A stretch of 64,000 nucleotides of DNA, taken from Planctomycetota bacterium (GTDB taxonomy: Bacteria > Planctomycetota > GCA-002687715). Every line of letters starts with the position of its first letter. Positions within the stretch are counted from its first letter, which is position 1. The stretch is from assembly GCA_002687715.1 (NCBI GenBank), contig NZBC01000204.1, forward strand, positions 1,135 through 65,134. The letters are read 5' to 3'. The notes beneath the pieces were generated by a model. That model was given only the letters and a program-made list of their open reading frames with translations. It had not been told where the DNA came from and made no database searches. Below, piece after piece: positions 47,583 through 57,841 of this stretch. Both the position numbers and the translations under genes were made by a program.

Positions 47583-49460
47583 ATGCAGCGTCGCACGGCA
47601 ACGATCATCTTCCTGCTGACGATCGCGGCGACGTTCCTGTGCTGGGGACGTTCGCTCGACGTGCCGTTCATCCTCGACGACCTGACCTATGTCGCGGTCG
47701 TGCATCCGAACGGGGAGTTCTCGGGGGAGGGGTTGCGACGACTCGTGTGGCCGGACGACCCGGCCTACGACTTCAACCATCACCTCCGGCCGCTCGGGTA
47801 CCTGTCGGTGGCGGCGAACGACCGGGTCGGCGGGACCTCTCCACGTTCGATTCGGGCGGGTGCGCTGTTGCTCCACGCCGTCTGCGCGTGGTGGGTGGCG
47901 CTGATCGTGTTGCGACTCGGAGGGCGTCCCGTTCCCGCGGGGTTGGCGGCGCTCCTCGTCTCGGTGCATCCGGGGGCGTTTGAGACGTTGATCTGGGTGG
48001 CCCACCGGTTCACGTTGCAGGCTGGACTCCTCCTGGCGGTCGCGATGTTCCTGACCATCGGGTCGGCGCGCCGTGGGCGGTGGCCGGTCGTCGCCGGCGT
48101 GGTGGCAGTGACGGCGCTGTTGTCGAAGGACTCGATGTTGGCGTTCGGGTGGTCGCTTCCGGTGGTGGCGTTCGCCGCGGCACGGGAGGGGTCACGCGTG
48201 AGTCAGGCGGTGCGAACCGCCGTCGTGATCGGGATTGGTGTCGCGGCCGATCTGGTGCTGCGTCGCACGATTACCGGCGCGTGGCTCCCGACTCTCGAGC
48301 AAGGCGTCTCGATGGCGGACACGGTGGAGGGCGGCGGCCTCCTCTCCGGCGCGCCGCACTTCTGGCGTTCGTTCGCGGCGCCGTTCGTTCTGCGTGAAGA
48401 GGACCCCGCATGGTGGAGCGTGCTCGCCGACGTCCGGATGGCGGGGTTCGTCCTGCTCGCGGCGCTGGCGGTCGGCGGGGCGGTGCAACGTGGGGCCGCG
48501 GGCGCTCGGGTCGGATTGGCGTGGTGCGCGGCGCTGATCGTCCTGGCGGTGCCGGTCATGGACGTGGGGGAGGGGCTCGCGGCATCGCGACGGTTCTACG
48601 TATTGGCGGCAGGGACGCTCGTGTTCTTCGGAGCCGCGGCTCCGCCCCGGCTCGGCGCCGCGCTGATGCTGATCGTGCTCGGGTGTGACGTCGCGGGCGC
48701 GATCAAGAACCAGGAGGTGTACGGAGACGTCGGGCGCATCATCGACTACGCGGTGACGTCGGCCGAAGGGCACATCACCGACGGAAAGAACGTCGTGGTC
48801 ACCGGCCTCCCCGCTCACTGGCGCGGGACGCCGGTGTTCGGCCGCGGGTTCCAACACTTCGGGTTCCGGTTTCGTCCGCCGCTGCGTGATACGCCGGCAT
48901 CCGTCCAGGCGGTCCCGGCGGGGGAAGCGTTGCGGGCGCTCGCGATCCAGCCTGAGCCGACGTGCGTGCTGCGGTTCGAGGTCCGGCCTCCGTCGAGCAG
49001 CGACGACGAGTTCCGCCACCCATCCGACCGCATCGTCCTGGCCGAGGCGCGGCGCTTCCCGTCTCTGACCGAAGCTGCGCAAGCCTCCGGCATCACGCTG
49101 GTCCTCCCGACCCGCGGCACCCGGTGGCCGGCGGGCAGCAACGGTCGCATGCTATTCAAAGCAGACCCTCCCATCGAAGACGACGATGTCCTGCTCGTCA
49201 CGATGCAGGCGGACGGCCGGCGTGCCGCGTGGATGCTCGGCCTCCACGATCCGGGCGTGAGCGTCGGCCCCGATGGCACGATCGCGATCACCCTCTCCGC
49301 CGCGCGCTCTCGTCTCCCGTCCGGTGACCTCGCCGTCCTCGTGGCGTTTGCCTCGGGCGACGGTACCCCTGCCTCGGTGCGCATCGACGTCCTGCCCCCC
49401 GCCTCATCCCCGGTCCCGGGCCGCGGCTCGGGGTCGATCCCGTTTCAACTCGGGGGGTAG
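47583..49460 (+). CDS. GT-C-fold membrane glycosyltransferase-like protein (PMT/ArnT-like, DD motif in first loop)
   Basis: ATG at 47583 in ORF 47229..49460: MQRRTATIIFLLTIAATFLCWGRSLDVPFILDDLTYV, then about 10 further hydrophobic helices and a ~230-aa soluble C-terminal region. Confidence 0.5.
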   Translation: MQRRTATIIFLLTIAATFLCWGRSLDVPFILDDLTYVAVVHPNGEFSGEGLRRLVWPDDPAYDFNHHLRPLGYLSVAANDRVGGTSPRSIRAGALLLHAVCAWWVALIVLRLGGRPVPAGLAALLVSVHPGAFETLIWVAHRFTLQAGLLLAVAMFLTIGSARRGRWPVVAGVVAVTALLSKDSMLAFGWSLPVVAFAAAREGSRVSQAVRTAVVIGIGVAADLVLRRTITGAWLPTLEQGVSMADTVEGGGLLSGAPHFWRSFAAPFVLREEDPAWWSVLADVRMAGFVLLAALAVGGAVQRGAAGARVGLAWCAALIVLAVPVMDVGEGLAASRRFYVLAAGTLVFFGAAAPPRLGAALMLIVLGCDVAGAIKNQEVYGDVGRIIDYAVTSAEGHITDGKNVVVTGLPAHWRGTPVFGRGFQHFGFRFRPPLRDTPASVQAVPAGEALRALAIQPEPTCVLRFEVRPPSSSDDEFRHPSDRIVLAEARRFPSLTEAAQASGITLVLPTRGTRWPAGSNGRMLFKADPPIEDDDVLLVTMQADGRRAAWMLGLHDPGVSVGPDGTIAITLSAARSRLPSGDLAVLVAFASGDGTPASVRIDVLPPASSPVPGRGSGSIPFQLGG

Positions 49461-49499
49461 CGGAGCCGGGAAGTCACCTGCTCTGATGGGAGCGTTCTT

Positions 49500-49985
49500 C
49501 TACCCGCGCGCTGCGTTCAACAACCGTTCGATCACCCGTGCGTTGTGCAGCCCTTCGTCCGGCGCCAACAGGGGGGCGTTGCCTGAGCGGATCGCGCGCG
49601 CCAGGTCTTCGATCTCCAGCTGGAACGTATCGACGGGTCCGCACGTGAACGTCTCGGTGCCGCGATCCGTTCCCAGAATCACGTGCGTCGCGTTCTCGGG
49701 GAAGGTCAGGAATGCTCCGGGCACGCGAATGACCCCATCTGTCCCGCCCACCAACGCGCGGTGCCGCAATTCGGAATCGAACCCGCACGACACGATGCCG
49801 AACCGGCCGTCACCGTAATCGAGCACTCCGTGCAGGCTCATGTCGACGCCGGTCCGCTCGTGAAACGCCGCCCGCGCCGTCACGTCACGCGGCTCGTTGC
49901 CGAGGAGCATCCGGCACCAGTTCGTACTGCTGCGAACGTTCTTGCCGACGTTCGCCAGCGGGTGATCACCCGACCCGCTCCAGAA
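49500..49985 (-). pseudogene. Remnant of a Gfo/Idh/MocA-family oxidoreductase (C-terminal domain only; Rossmann domain missing)
   Basis: ORF 49500..49910 plus in-frame upstream codons read ...WSGSGDHPLANVGKNVRSSTNWCRMLLGNEPRDVTARAAFHERTGVDMSLHGVLDYGDGRFGIVSCGF..., matching the GGGAL.D.G.H..D..RWLLG.EP..V block and the alpha/beta C-domain. The frame is closed by a stop at 50025..50027, and the space upstream is occupied by fadA. Confidence 0.6.
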
Positions 49986-51159
49986 TCCCCGCCGCTCCCA
50001 TTCCCGTTCCGATGCACATCGTGATCATGCCGTAGCGCTGGTTGCGGCGATTCAGGGCGTGGACGACCGTTGCGGTGCGGATGGCGCCGGTCGCCCCGAG
50101 GGGGTGGCCGAGGGCGATCGCGCTGCCGAGGGGGTTGGTGCGTTGGGGGTCGAGGTCGAGGTCGCGGATGACGGCGAGGGTCTGGGCGGCGAAGGCCTCG
50201 TTGAGTTCGATGTGGTCGAGCTGATTCTGGGAGATCCCGGCTCGGGCGCAGGCGGTGGGGATGGCGGCGATGGGGCCGATGCCCATGATCTCGGGCGGGA
50301 CTCCGGCGACGGCGAAGCTGCAGAAGCGGGCGAGGGGCGTGAGGGCGAGGGCTTCCATCATCGAGCCGCTCATGAGGACGATGGCGGCGGCGCCGTCGCT
50401 GGTCTGCGACGCGTTGCCGGCCGTGACGCTGCCCTTGCGGGCGAAGACGGGGCGCAGGCGGGCGAGGGCTTCCATCGACGTGTCCTGACGCGGGCCTTCG
50501 TCCGCCTTCACTGAGATCGTTGCGACGTCGACGGATTCGGCGTCCGCGGACGGGCGACGGCGGATCACCGGAACCGGGAGGATCTCGTCAGCGAACTCGT
50601 TACCGGCTTGCGCGACGCAGGCGCGGCGGTGGCTCTCGAGCGCCCAGGCGTCCTGATCTTCCCGGGAGACGTCGTACTTCTGTGCGACCTTCTCCGCCGT
50701 GATCCCCATGCCGTACGCGATGCCGATGTTCTCGTCGTCGAAGATGGTCGGGTTGAGCTCGGGCCGGTAGCCCATCATGGGGACCATGCTCATGCTCTCG
50801 GCGCCAGCGGCGATCATGACGTCGGCTTCGCCGAGCCGGATGCGGTCGGCCGCCCAGGCGACGGCCTGCAGACCCGACGCGCAGAATCGGTTCACAGTCA
50901 CGCCTGGGACGCTCTCGGGGAGCCCGGCGAGCAGGAGCGCGATGCGCGCGACGTTCATGCCCTGCGCACCCTCGGGCATCGCGCAGCCGACGATGACGTC
51001 GCCGATCAGCTCGGGATCGAGCCCCGGACATTTCGCGACCGCGCCCTTGATGCAGTGAGCGAGCAGGTCGTCCGGACGGGTGCTCGCGAACGCACCGCGG
51101 TGTGCCTTGCCGACGGGAGTCCGGACGGCGGAGACGATGAAGGCGTCATGGGTCGTCAT
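49966..51159 (-). CDS. fadA: Acetyl-CoA C-acyltransferase (3-ketoacyl-CoA thiolase)
   Basis: MTTHDAFIVSAVRTPVGKAHRGAF...VNRFCASGLQAV (active-site Cys)...NEAFAAQ...NPLGSAIALGHPLGATG...MCIGTGMGAA. Confidence 0.95.
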   Translation of the reverse strand: MTTHDAFIVSAVRTPVGKAHRGAFASTRPDDLLAHCIKGAVAKCPGLDPELIGDVIVGCAMPEGAQGMNVARIALLLAGLPESVPGVTVNRFCASGLQAVAWAADRIRLGEADVMIAAGAESMSMVPMMGYRPELNPTIFDDENIGIAYGMGITAEKVAQKYDVSREDQDAWALESHRRACVAQAGNEFADEILPVPVIRRRPSADAESVDVATISVKADEGPRQDTSMEALARLRPVFARKGSVTAGNASQTSDGAAAIVLMSGSMMEALALTPLARFCSFAVAGVPPEIMGIGPIAAIPTACARAGISQNQLDHIELNEAFAAQTLAVIRDLDLDPQRTNPLGSAIALGHPLGATGAIRTATVVHALNRRNQRYGMITMCIGTGMGAAGILERVG

Positions 51160-51162
51160 CGA

Positions 51163-53526
51163 TCAGTTCCTCAGCGGCTTGCCGGTCTCGAGCATGTGAG
51201 CGATGCGTGCCCGGGTCTTGTCGGTACCACAGAGCTCGACGAACGCGCGGCGCTCCAGGTTCAGGACCCAGTCCTCAGTCACTTCCGTTCCCGCGTCGAC
51301 GTCGCCGCCGCAGAGGATCTTCGCGATCTTGGTCGCGATGAAGGCGTCGTGATCGGACACCCACCCGCCCGCGTGCATGTTGACGACCACGCCCTCGAGG
51401 TTCGCCGCACCGGTCCGCCCGCAGACTTTGATCGGCTTGCGGATCGGCGGGCGCCACGACGCGGCCAGCGCGAGCGCTTCTGCCTTCGCGGCCGTGAGCA
51501 GCTCCTGGCTGTTCATGACGATCGTGTCGGTGTCGCGCAGGAGCCCCATCCCGATGGCGTCTTCGCCGCTCGCGGACACGACCGCCTTGGCCACGAATTC
51601 GAACGCCCGTTGGATGAACGGCCACGGGTCCCCGTCCGGCGCCGCCGCCGCCGCACGCCGTGCGAGCTCACGCAACCCACCGCCTGCGGGAAGGACTCCG
51701 ACGCCGATCTCCACGAGCCCGAGGTACGACTCCGCCGAGCACACCGTGCGAACGGCGTGCATCGCGAACTCGCAACCGCCTCCGAGCGCCATCCCGTCTA
51801 CTGCCGCGACCACCGGCACCTCGGACTGCGAGAACCGGGTCGATGCGCGCTGGAACTTGCGCACGATGGCGTCTACGGCATCGAGATCGCCGCTGTCGAT
51901 GATGGCCGACACCTGCTGGAGGTTGGCGCCGGCGGAGAACGGCGGCTTGTCCTGCCAGATCACGACGGCCGAGCATTCCGTTTCCGCGACGTCGAGCGCC
52001 GCCTCGATCCCGTCGAGGACGTCGTCCCCGATGACGTGCAGCTTCGACTTGAACGAGAGAACGCCCACGTCGTCGCCGTCGCGCCACAGGCGGACCGCAT
52101 CCGTCTCGTGCAGCGTTTCACCCGGTGAGTCGTCGACGACTTCGCCCACGACCGATTCCGTGAACGCCTGCTTCTTGTAGACGCCCAGCGTCGAGCGCGG
52201 GACGAGCTGGTTCGTATCCGCGTCCCACGATCCGTAGGGAGTGTGGACCGACTCACGTTCTGCAACCCACGGGGGCAGCGGCCGGCTGGCCATGGTGCGA
52301 CCGTCGGCGATCTCCTCCGCGATCCAGCTCGCGACATGACCCCAGCCCGCTTCCTGCCACAGCTCGAACGGCCCTTTCTTCCAACCGAACCCCCAGCGGA
52401 GGCCGAAGTCGAGGTCGCGGGCCGAGTACGCGATGTCCGCGAGGTGGACGGCCGCGTAGTGCCAGACGTCCCGGTGGATGCACCACAGGAACTCGGCCTG
52501 CGGGTGATCCGACGCCCGGAGTTGTTTCAGCCGCTCGTTGGCGTCGCCCACGCCGAGGATCTCCTGGACCTCAGGCGCGGCCTCGAACGTGGCGAGGCGG
52601 TAGCCGCCCTCGCCGTCCATGACGTGGATCTTGCCGCCGACCTTCTTGTAGATGCCGGTCCCGACCTTGGCGCCAACGAACCCCTGGTCGAGGAGCCCTT
52701 TCAGCCATGCGGGGACGAGGTAGTGCTTGTGCCACGGATCGTCGGGCAGCAGCCGGGACGAGCCTTCGATGACGTGGGCAAGGGTGTCGAGCCCGACGAC
52801 GTCAGCAGTCCGGCACGTCGCGCTCTTCGGACGTCCGATCGCGGGGCCGGTGATTGCGTCGACGACGTCGAAGGGGATGCCGAGTCGCGCCGCCTGATGG
52901 AACGAGGACAGCATCGAGAAAACCCCGATGCGGTTGGCGACGAAGTTGGGCGTGTCCTTCGCCCGCAGGACCCCTTTGCCGAGCCGGGAGACCAGGAACG
53001 CCTCGAGGTCGTCGAGCAGCGACTCGTCGGTCTCCGGGCCGGCGATGAGCTCGACCAGGTGCATGTAGCGCGGCGGGTTGAAGAAATGGACGCCACAGAA
53101 CCGCGGTTTGACGGTGTCCGGCAGCGACTCTTCGAGGACCGACAGCGAGATGCCGGACGTGTTCGTCGCCAGCACCGCGCCCTCTTTCAGGTGCGGCGTG
53201 ATCTTCCGGTAGAGGTCGTGCTTGATGTCCGGACGTTCGGCGACCGCCTCGATCACGAGATCGCAGTCGGAGAGCCGCGGGAGCCCCGTCTCGTAGTTCG
53301 CCGTTTCGATCAGCCTGGCGCGCGCTGGGGTCGCGAGTGGCGGCGGCTTCATCTTGGCCAACCCCTTGATCGCCTTCTTGACGTGAGCATCCGGGTCCTT
53401 CCCCTCGGCCGGAAGCTCGAAGAGGACGCAAGGGACTTCGGCGTTCACGAGATGCGCGGCGATCTGCGCGCCCATGACGCCGGCTCCCAGCACGGCGGCG
53501 CGGCGAACTCGCATGGTGTCGCTCAT
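51163..53526 (-). CDS. Bifunctional 3-hydroxyacyl-CoA dehydrogenase (N-terminal) / enoyl-CoA hydratase (C-terminal), FadN-type
   Basis: RRAAVLGAGVMGAQIAAHL (NAD Rossmann)...GVHFFNPPRYMHLVELI...; the C-terminal crotonase fold reads FSAGANLQQ...VPVVAAVDGMALGGGCEFAMH. Confidence 0.9.
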   Translation of the reverse strand: MSDTMRVRRAAVLGAGVMGAQIAAHLVNAEVPCVLFELPAEGKDPDAHVKKAIKGLAKMKPPPLATPARARLIETANYETGLPRLSDCDLVIEAVAERPDIKHDLYRKITPHLKEGAVLATNTSGISLSVLEESLPDTVKPRFCGVHFFNPPRYMHLVELIAGPETDESLLDDLEAFLVSRLGKGVLRAKDTPNFVANRIGVFSMLSSFHQAARLGIPFDVVDAITGPAIGRPKSATCRTADVVGLDTLAHVIEGSSRLLPDDPWHKHYLVPAWLKGLLDQGFVGAKVGTGIYKKVGGKIHVMDGEGGYRLATFEAAPEVQEILGVGDANERLKQLRASDHPQAEFLWCIHRDVWHYAAVHLADIAYSARDLDFGLRWGFGWKKGPFELWQEAGWGHVASWIAEEIADGRTMASRPLPPWVAERESVHTPYGSWDADTNQLVPRSTLGVYKKQAFTESVVGEVVDDSPGETLHETDAVRLWRDGDDVGVLSFKSKLHVIGDDVLDGIEAALDVAETECSAVVIWQDKPPFSAGANLQQVSAIIDSGDLDAVDAIVRKFQRASTRFSQSEVPVVAAVDGMALGGGCEFAMHAVRTVCSAESYLGLVEIGVGVLPAGGGLRELARRAAAAAPDGDPWPFIQRAFEFVAKAVVSASGEDAIGMGLLRDTDTIVMNSQELLTAAKAEALALAASWRPPIRKPIKVCGRTGAANLEGVVVNMHAGGWVSDHDAFIATKIAKILCGGDVDAGTEVTEDWVLNLERRAFVELCGTDKTRARIAHMLETGKPLRN

Positions 53527-53542
53527 AGCGTCCAGGTCCTCT

Positions 53543-55390
53543 TCACGAATCGTTCACGGCGCACGATGCGTACATGCGCTCGATCTCGTCGACGTAGAAC
53601 TCGGCGATTCGCTCGCGCTTCGGCTTGAGCGTGGGCGTGAGCAGTCCGGACTCTACCGTCCAGGGCGTTGGAACGGCGGTCACCCGGCGGACCCTGGCGT
53701 GACCGGTGAACCCGGACAGGTGTCTCGAAATGCGTTGGAGTATGAACGCTTCGCTGGTTTCGTCCCCGCTTGCCGGGCTGGCGGGCAGGCCGTGTCCGCG
53801 CGTCTGGCGTTCCCACGCATCCGGCTCGATGAACACGAGCGCGGCCAGAAACGGCCGTCCCTCGCCGACGATGAGGATCTGCTCGAACAGCGGGTCTCGC
53901 ATGATCGACGCCTCGAGGTCGTCGGGAGGCACCTTCGTACCCGTGGCGAGCACGATGATCTCCTTCTTGCGACCGGTGATGGTCACGAACCCGTCGTCGA
54001 TGCGCGCGAGATCGCCGGTGTGGAGCCAGCCGTCCGCGTCGATGACGCGGGCGGTCGCCTCCGGATCGCGCCAGTAACCGAGCATCACGCTGGTGCTTCG
54101 CACGCAGAGCTCGCCGTCGTCGGCGATGCGGATCTCCGACCCGGTCAAGGGTTGGCCGACCGTCTCGGGCCGGTTGTCTTCGCGTCCGTTCATCGTGACG
54201 CCAGGGCTGCATTCGGTCAGCCCGTATGCGTGTGAGACCTCGATGCCGAGCGCGATGATCACCCGCGCGACGTCGAACCTCAGTGCCGCACCCCCGCACA
54301 GGGCTCCCTCGATGCGTCCGCCGAGTCGCGCCCGCATCGGCTTGCCGACGAGGCGGTCGAGCAACGGACCCCACACGTGCGCAGGCCGCCACGACCCGCG
54401 GCCCTGGACGCGGAGGAACCGGCTCCATCCCACGTCGACCGCGCGGTGGAAGAGGCGTTCTCGCCAGGCGGGGCCGTCGGCGAGCCTGGCGCGGATCTTC
54501 CCATGCACGCGCTCGAAGATACGGGGGACGGTGATGAGCACGGTCGGCCGCACTTCCCGCAGATCCTCCGGCAGATCGGGTACTGATCGTGCGAAGGCGA
54601 CGGTCGCCCCAGCCATCATCGGCGCGTAGTACCCGCACGTTCTCTCCAGCGCGTGGCACATCGGCAGGAACGACAGCAGGACGTCGTCGCGGCGCAACGG
54701 GAGCCGCCGCATTCCGAGCTCACAGTTGTCGAGGATGTTCCGGTGACTGAGCATGACGCCCTTGGGGCATCCCGTCGTCCCCGACGTGTAGACGATGGTG
54801 GCCAGCTCGTCGGGGTCGGCTGCGTGCGGGTCTCCCGCGTCGTGGGCGTCGGTGTCCGCGAGCCACGACCTGGTCGACCGCGCGCCCGCGCCGGGGTCCG
54901 AGTCCTCCGCAACCAGCACGGCCTCGAGCCGTGGCATCGACGCCGCGTGCGGACGCAGGTCGTCCCACATGGCGCCGTCCTCGAGCAGCAGCACGCGTGC
55001 TTCCGCATGATTCACGATCCACGCGACGTTCTCGGGCCGGTCGCTGACGTACAGCGGGACGACGACGCATCCCAGCGACAGCGCCGCTTGCTCGAAGAAC
55101 ACCCAGTGCACCCGGCTCTCGCAGCGAAGGGCGACGTGGTCACCGACCGTCAATCCGAGCCGGCGGAGCGCGCCGCGCCAGCGATCGACCTCGGAGAGGA
55201 TCGACGCCCACGTCGACTCGCGCCAGACGCCGCCCTGGCGTTCCAGGTACGCGACGTTGTCGGGCGTTGCCGCGGCGCGCGCGCGGAGCAGTCCATGCAG
55301 CGATCGCGCCTCGGCGGCGTCGATCAACCACCTGGCCGCCGGCGGCGCGGCGTCGCGAATCAGGCGAGCTTCTGTGCCACCTTCTTCCAC
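53543..55390 (-). CDS. fadD: Long-chain-fatty-acid--CoA ligase (AMP-forming)
   Basis: ATIVYTSGTTGCPKGVMLSHRN (AMP-binding signature)...GYGLTE-like YGLTECSPG...WLHTGDLARIDDGFVTITGRKKE. The GTG start overlaps the fadE stop by 31 bp, so the start is uncertain. Confidence 0.9.
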   Translation of the reverse strand: MEEGGTEARLIRDAAPPAARWLIDAAEARSLHGLLRARAAATPDNVAYLERQGGVWRESTWASILSEVDRWRGALRRLGLTVGDHVALRCESRVHWVFFEQAALSLGCVVVPLYVSDRPENVAWIVNHAEARVLLLEDGAMWDDLRPHAASMPRLEAVLVAEDSDPGAGARSTRSWLADTDAHDAGDPHAADPDELATIVYTSGTTGCPKGVMLSHRNILDNCELGMRRLPLRRDDVLLSFLPMCHALERTCGYYAPMMAGATVAFARSVPDLPEDLREVRPTVLITVPRIFERVHGKIRARLADGPAWRERLFHRAVDVGWSRFLRVQGRGSWRPAHVWGPLLDRLVGKPMRARLGGRIEGALCGGAALRFDVARVIIALGIEVSHAYGLTECSPGVTMNGREDNRPETVGQPLTGSEIRIADDGELCVRSTSVMLGYWRDPEATARVIDADGWLHTGDLARIDDGFVTITGRKKEIIVLATGTKVPPDDLEASIMRDPLFEQILIVGEGRPFLAALVFIEPDAWERQTRGHGLPASPASGDETSEAFILQRISRHLSGFTGHARVRRVTAVPTPWTVESGLLTPTLKPKRERIAEFYVDEIERMYASCAVNDS

Positions 55391-57825
55391 GGACGCCCTC
55401 CTGGAGTGAAGTCCTCGGGGCCGAAGTCGTCGACGGCGATCGCGAACGCGCTCGCCTGGCGTGCGGTGGCGACCAGCGCCGCGTCATCAGCGGTGATCAC
55501 ACCAGCGGTCACGGCACGGCCGACCAGGTCCGCCGCGGGGGCCGCGTCGAGGGACTTCGCGCGAACCGCGTCCTTGATGCGCCGCTCGATCGGCTCTGCG
55601 GCGACCACGGCGCGGAGCGCATGCTCGAGGCGTCCGGTCGGATCCTCCGGGTCGGTGTTGACGTACATGCCGCACGCGAGCCGATCGCGCTGCGGGCCGG
55701 GGTCGAGCAGCATCGATGCGATGCGATGGCCGGCGCGATCGCTCGGCGGACGCCAGCGCGCGCCGAAGGGGAACACCACCCGCCGGAGCAGCCATGCGAG
55801 GGGCTTCACGGGGAGGTTGTTGAGCAGACCCTCGAGCGACGCCTGGGCCGTGAACAGGCTGCGCCGCAGGTTCCACGATACGAGCGGCAGATCCTCGGCC
55901 GGACGCCCATCGTTCTCGAACCGGCGCAGGACACAGCTCGCGAGGTACATCTCGGAGAGGATGTCGGCGAAGCGGCCGGAGAGCTTCTCCTTGCGCTTGA
56001 AGGCGCCGCCGAGGACGACGAGACACGCGTCGGCGACGGTGGCGAAGTTGGCGCTCGTGCGGGTGAGCTGCCCGTACCAGTGGCGCACTCGCCGGTCGGC
56101 CTTCGCCGGTGCGCCCGCGAACCGGCCGCCGGTGAGGTTGTGCCAGAACGCGCGCGCGACGTTGGAGATCAGGAACCGGACGTGGCCACCCACTGCCCGG
56201 TCGAACGCGACGAGGTCGTTCGCCTGCGCGGATTCCATCTCGCGGAGGAGCCACGGGTGGCAACGCATCGCGCCCTGGCCGAAGACGATCAGGGTCCGCG
56301 TGAGGATGTTCGCGCCCTCGACGGTGATGCTGACCGGGACCGACTGGTAGGCGCTGGCGAGATAGTTGCTCGGACCCTCGCAGATGCCACGCCCGCCGTG
56401 GATGTCCATGGCATCGTTGACGGCGTTGCGCATACGTTCGGTGGCCTGGTACTTGAACAAGGCTGAGATGACCGACGGCTTCTCGCCTGCGTCGACGGCA
56501 GCGGCGGTGATGCCTCGCGCGGCTTCCAGCAGATAGGTGTCCCCAGCGATCCGTGCGAGCGGCTCCTCGATGCCCTCGAAACGGCCGATCGGCACCTTGA
56601 ACTGCCGGCGCACCCGCGCGTACGCACCCGTGTTGCGGGCGCAGAACTTGGTGGCGGCGGTGCTCGACGCTGGTAGCGAGATCGAGCGACCGGCGGAGAG
56701 GCAGTCCATGAGCATGCGCCAACCCTGGCCGACGCGATCCTGCCCGCCGATGATCCAGTCGAGCGGGATGAACACGTCGTTGCCCCGGACCGGACCGGTC
56801 ATCATCGATTGCTTGAGCGCGTCGTGACGGGGTCCGACATTGACGCCAGCGTGGTCGGCGGGAACGAGTGCGACGGTGATCCCGAGGTCCTCCTGGTCGC
56901 CGAGCAGCCCGTCGGGGTCGCGGACCTTGAACGCGAGGCCGATCAGGGTCGCGATTGGTGCGAGAGTGATGTAACGCTTGTCGAAGGTCACCCGCATGCC
57001 GAGGACTTCGGCTCCCTCGTGCATGCCGTGGCATACGACGCCGGTATCGGGCATCGCCGCGGCGTCTGAACCCGCGGCGGGCGACGTCAGCGCGAAGCAC
57101 GGGATCTCCTCACCGCGTGCCAACCGCGGTAGCCAGTGGTCCTTCTGCGCGTCGGTCCCGTAGTGCAGCAGCAGCTCGGCGGGGCCGAGGGAGTTGGGGA
57201 CCATGACGCTGATCGCGCCCGTGGTCGATCGGGTGGCGATCTTCTGAACGACGCATGAGTGCGCCTGCGCGGAGAACCCGAGGCCGCCGTACGACTCGGG
57301 GATGATCATGCCGAGGAAGCCCCCGGAACGAAGGGACTCCCAGATGTCCTGCGGGAGATCGCGGTGCTCCTTGGAGGCCCTCCACTCGTCGAGGTGGCTG
57401 CAAAGCTCCTCGGTCGGACCGTCGAGAAACGCCTGCTCCTCGTCGGACAGCTTCGGGGCGCCAGCGGCGAGGAAGCGGTCGAAGCACGGCTTCCCCGAGA
57501 AGAGGTCGGCGTCGAACCACACCGTGCCCGCCTCCAACGCCTCACGCTCGGTGCTGGACATCGGTGGCAGGGCCTTGCGCGTCATGCGGAGCATCGGCGC
57601 GGTCACGAGGGCGCGACGTACCGGCGGGATCGCGAGCAGCGCGGGGATCAACCAGCCGCACCAGAGGATGATGAGCGTCAGCTCGGCGCCCCAGTTCACC
57701 GACGTCGCGGTTGCGAGCGCTGCGCCCGAGACGAGCACCCACAGCCACAGCGGCGCCTGGCGCGCGGCCAGGACCCAGGCGACGACGAGCGCACTGACTA
57801 TGATCGCTGCGATCTCCATGATCAT
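55360..57825 (-). CDS. fadE: Large membrane-associated acyl-CoA dehydrogenase, FadE-type
   Basis: ATG at 57825 preceded by GGAGGAGAGG: MIMEIAAIIVSALVVAWVLAARQAPLWLWVLVSGAALA (N-terminal TM helices), then the ACAD fold (...GFLGMIIPESYGGLGFS...ALTSPAAGSDAA...EGANILTRTLIVFGQGAMRCHP...). 821 aa, about the length I recall for E. coli FadE. Confidence 0.9.
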   Translation of the reverse strand: MIMEIAAIIVSALVVAWVLAARQAPLWLWVLVSGAALATATSVNWGAELTLIILWCGWLIPALLAIPPVRRALVTAPMLRMTRKALPPMSSTEREALEAGTVWFDADLFSGKPCFDRFLAAGAPKLSDEEQAFLDGPTEELCSHLDEWRASKEHRDLPQDIWESLRSGGFLGMIIPESYGGLGFSAQAHSCVVQKIATRSTTGAISVMVPNSLGPAELLLHYGTDAQKDHWLPRLARGEEIPCFALTSPAAGSDAAAMPDTGVVCHGMHEGAEVLGMRVTFDKRYITLAPIATLIGLAFKVRDPDGLLGDQEDLGITVALVPADHAGVNVGPRHDALKQSMMTGPVRGNDVFIPLDWIIGGQDRVGQGWRMLMDCLSAGRSISLPASSTAATKFCARNTGAYARVRRQFKVPIGRFEGIEEPLARIAGDTYLLEAARGITAAAVDAGEKPSVISALFKYQATERMRNAVNDAMDIHGGRGICEGPSNYLASAYQSVPVSITVEGANILTRTLIVFGQGAMRCHPWLLREMESAQANDLVAFDRAVGGHVRFLISNVARAFWHNLTGGRFAGAPAKADRRVRHWYGQLTRTSANFATVADACLVVLGGAFKRKEKLSGRFADILSEMYLASCVLRRFENDGRPAEDLPLVSWNLRRSLFTAQASLEGLLNNLPVKPLAWLLRRVVFPFGARWRPPSDRAGHRIASMLLDPGPQRDRLACGMYVNTDPEDPTGRLEHALRAVVAAEPIERRIKDAVRAKSLDAAPAADLVGRAVTAGVITADDAALVATARQASAFAIAVDDFGPEDFTPGGRPWKKVAQKLA

Positions 57826-57841
57826 CCTCTCCTCCGTCGAG

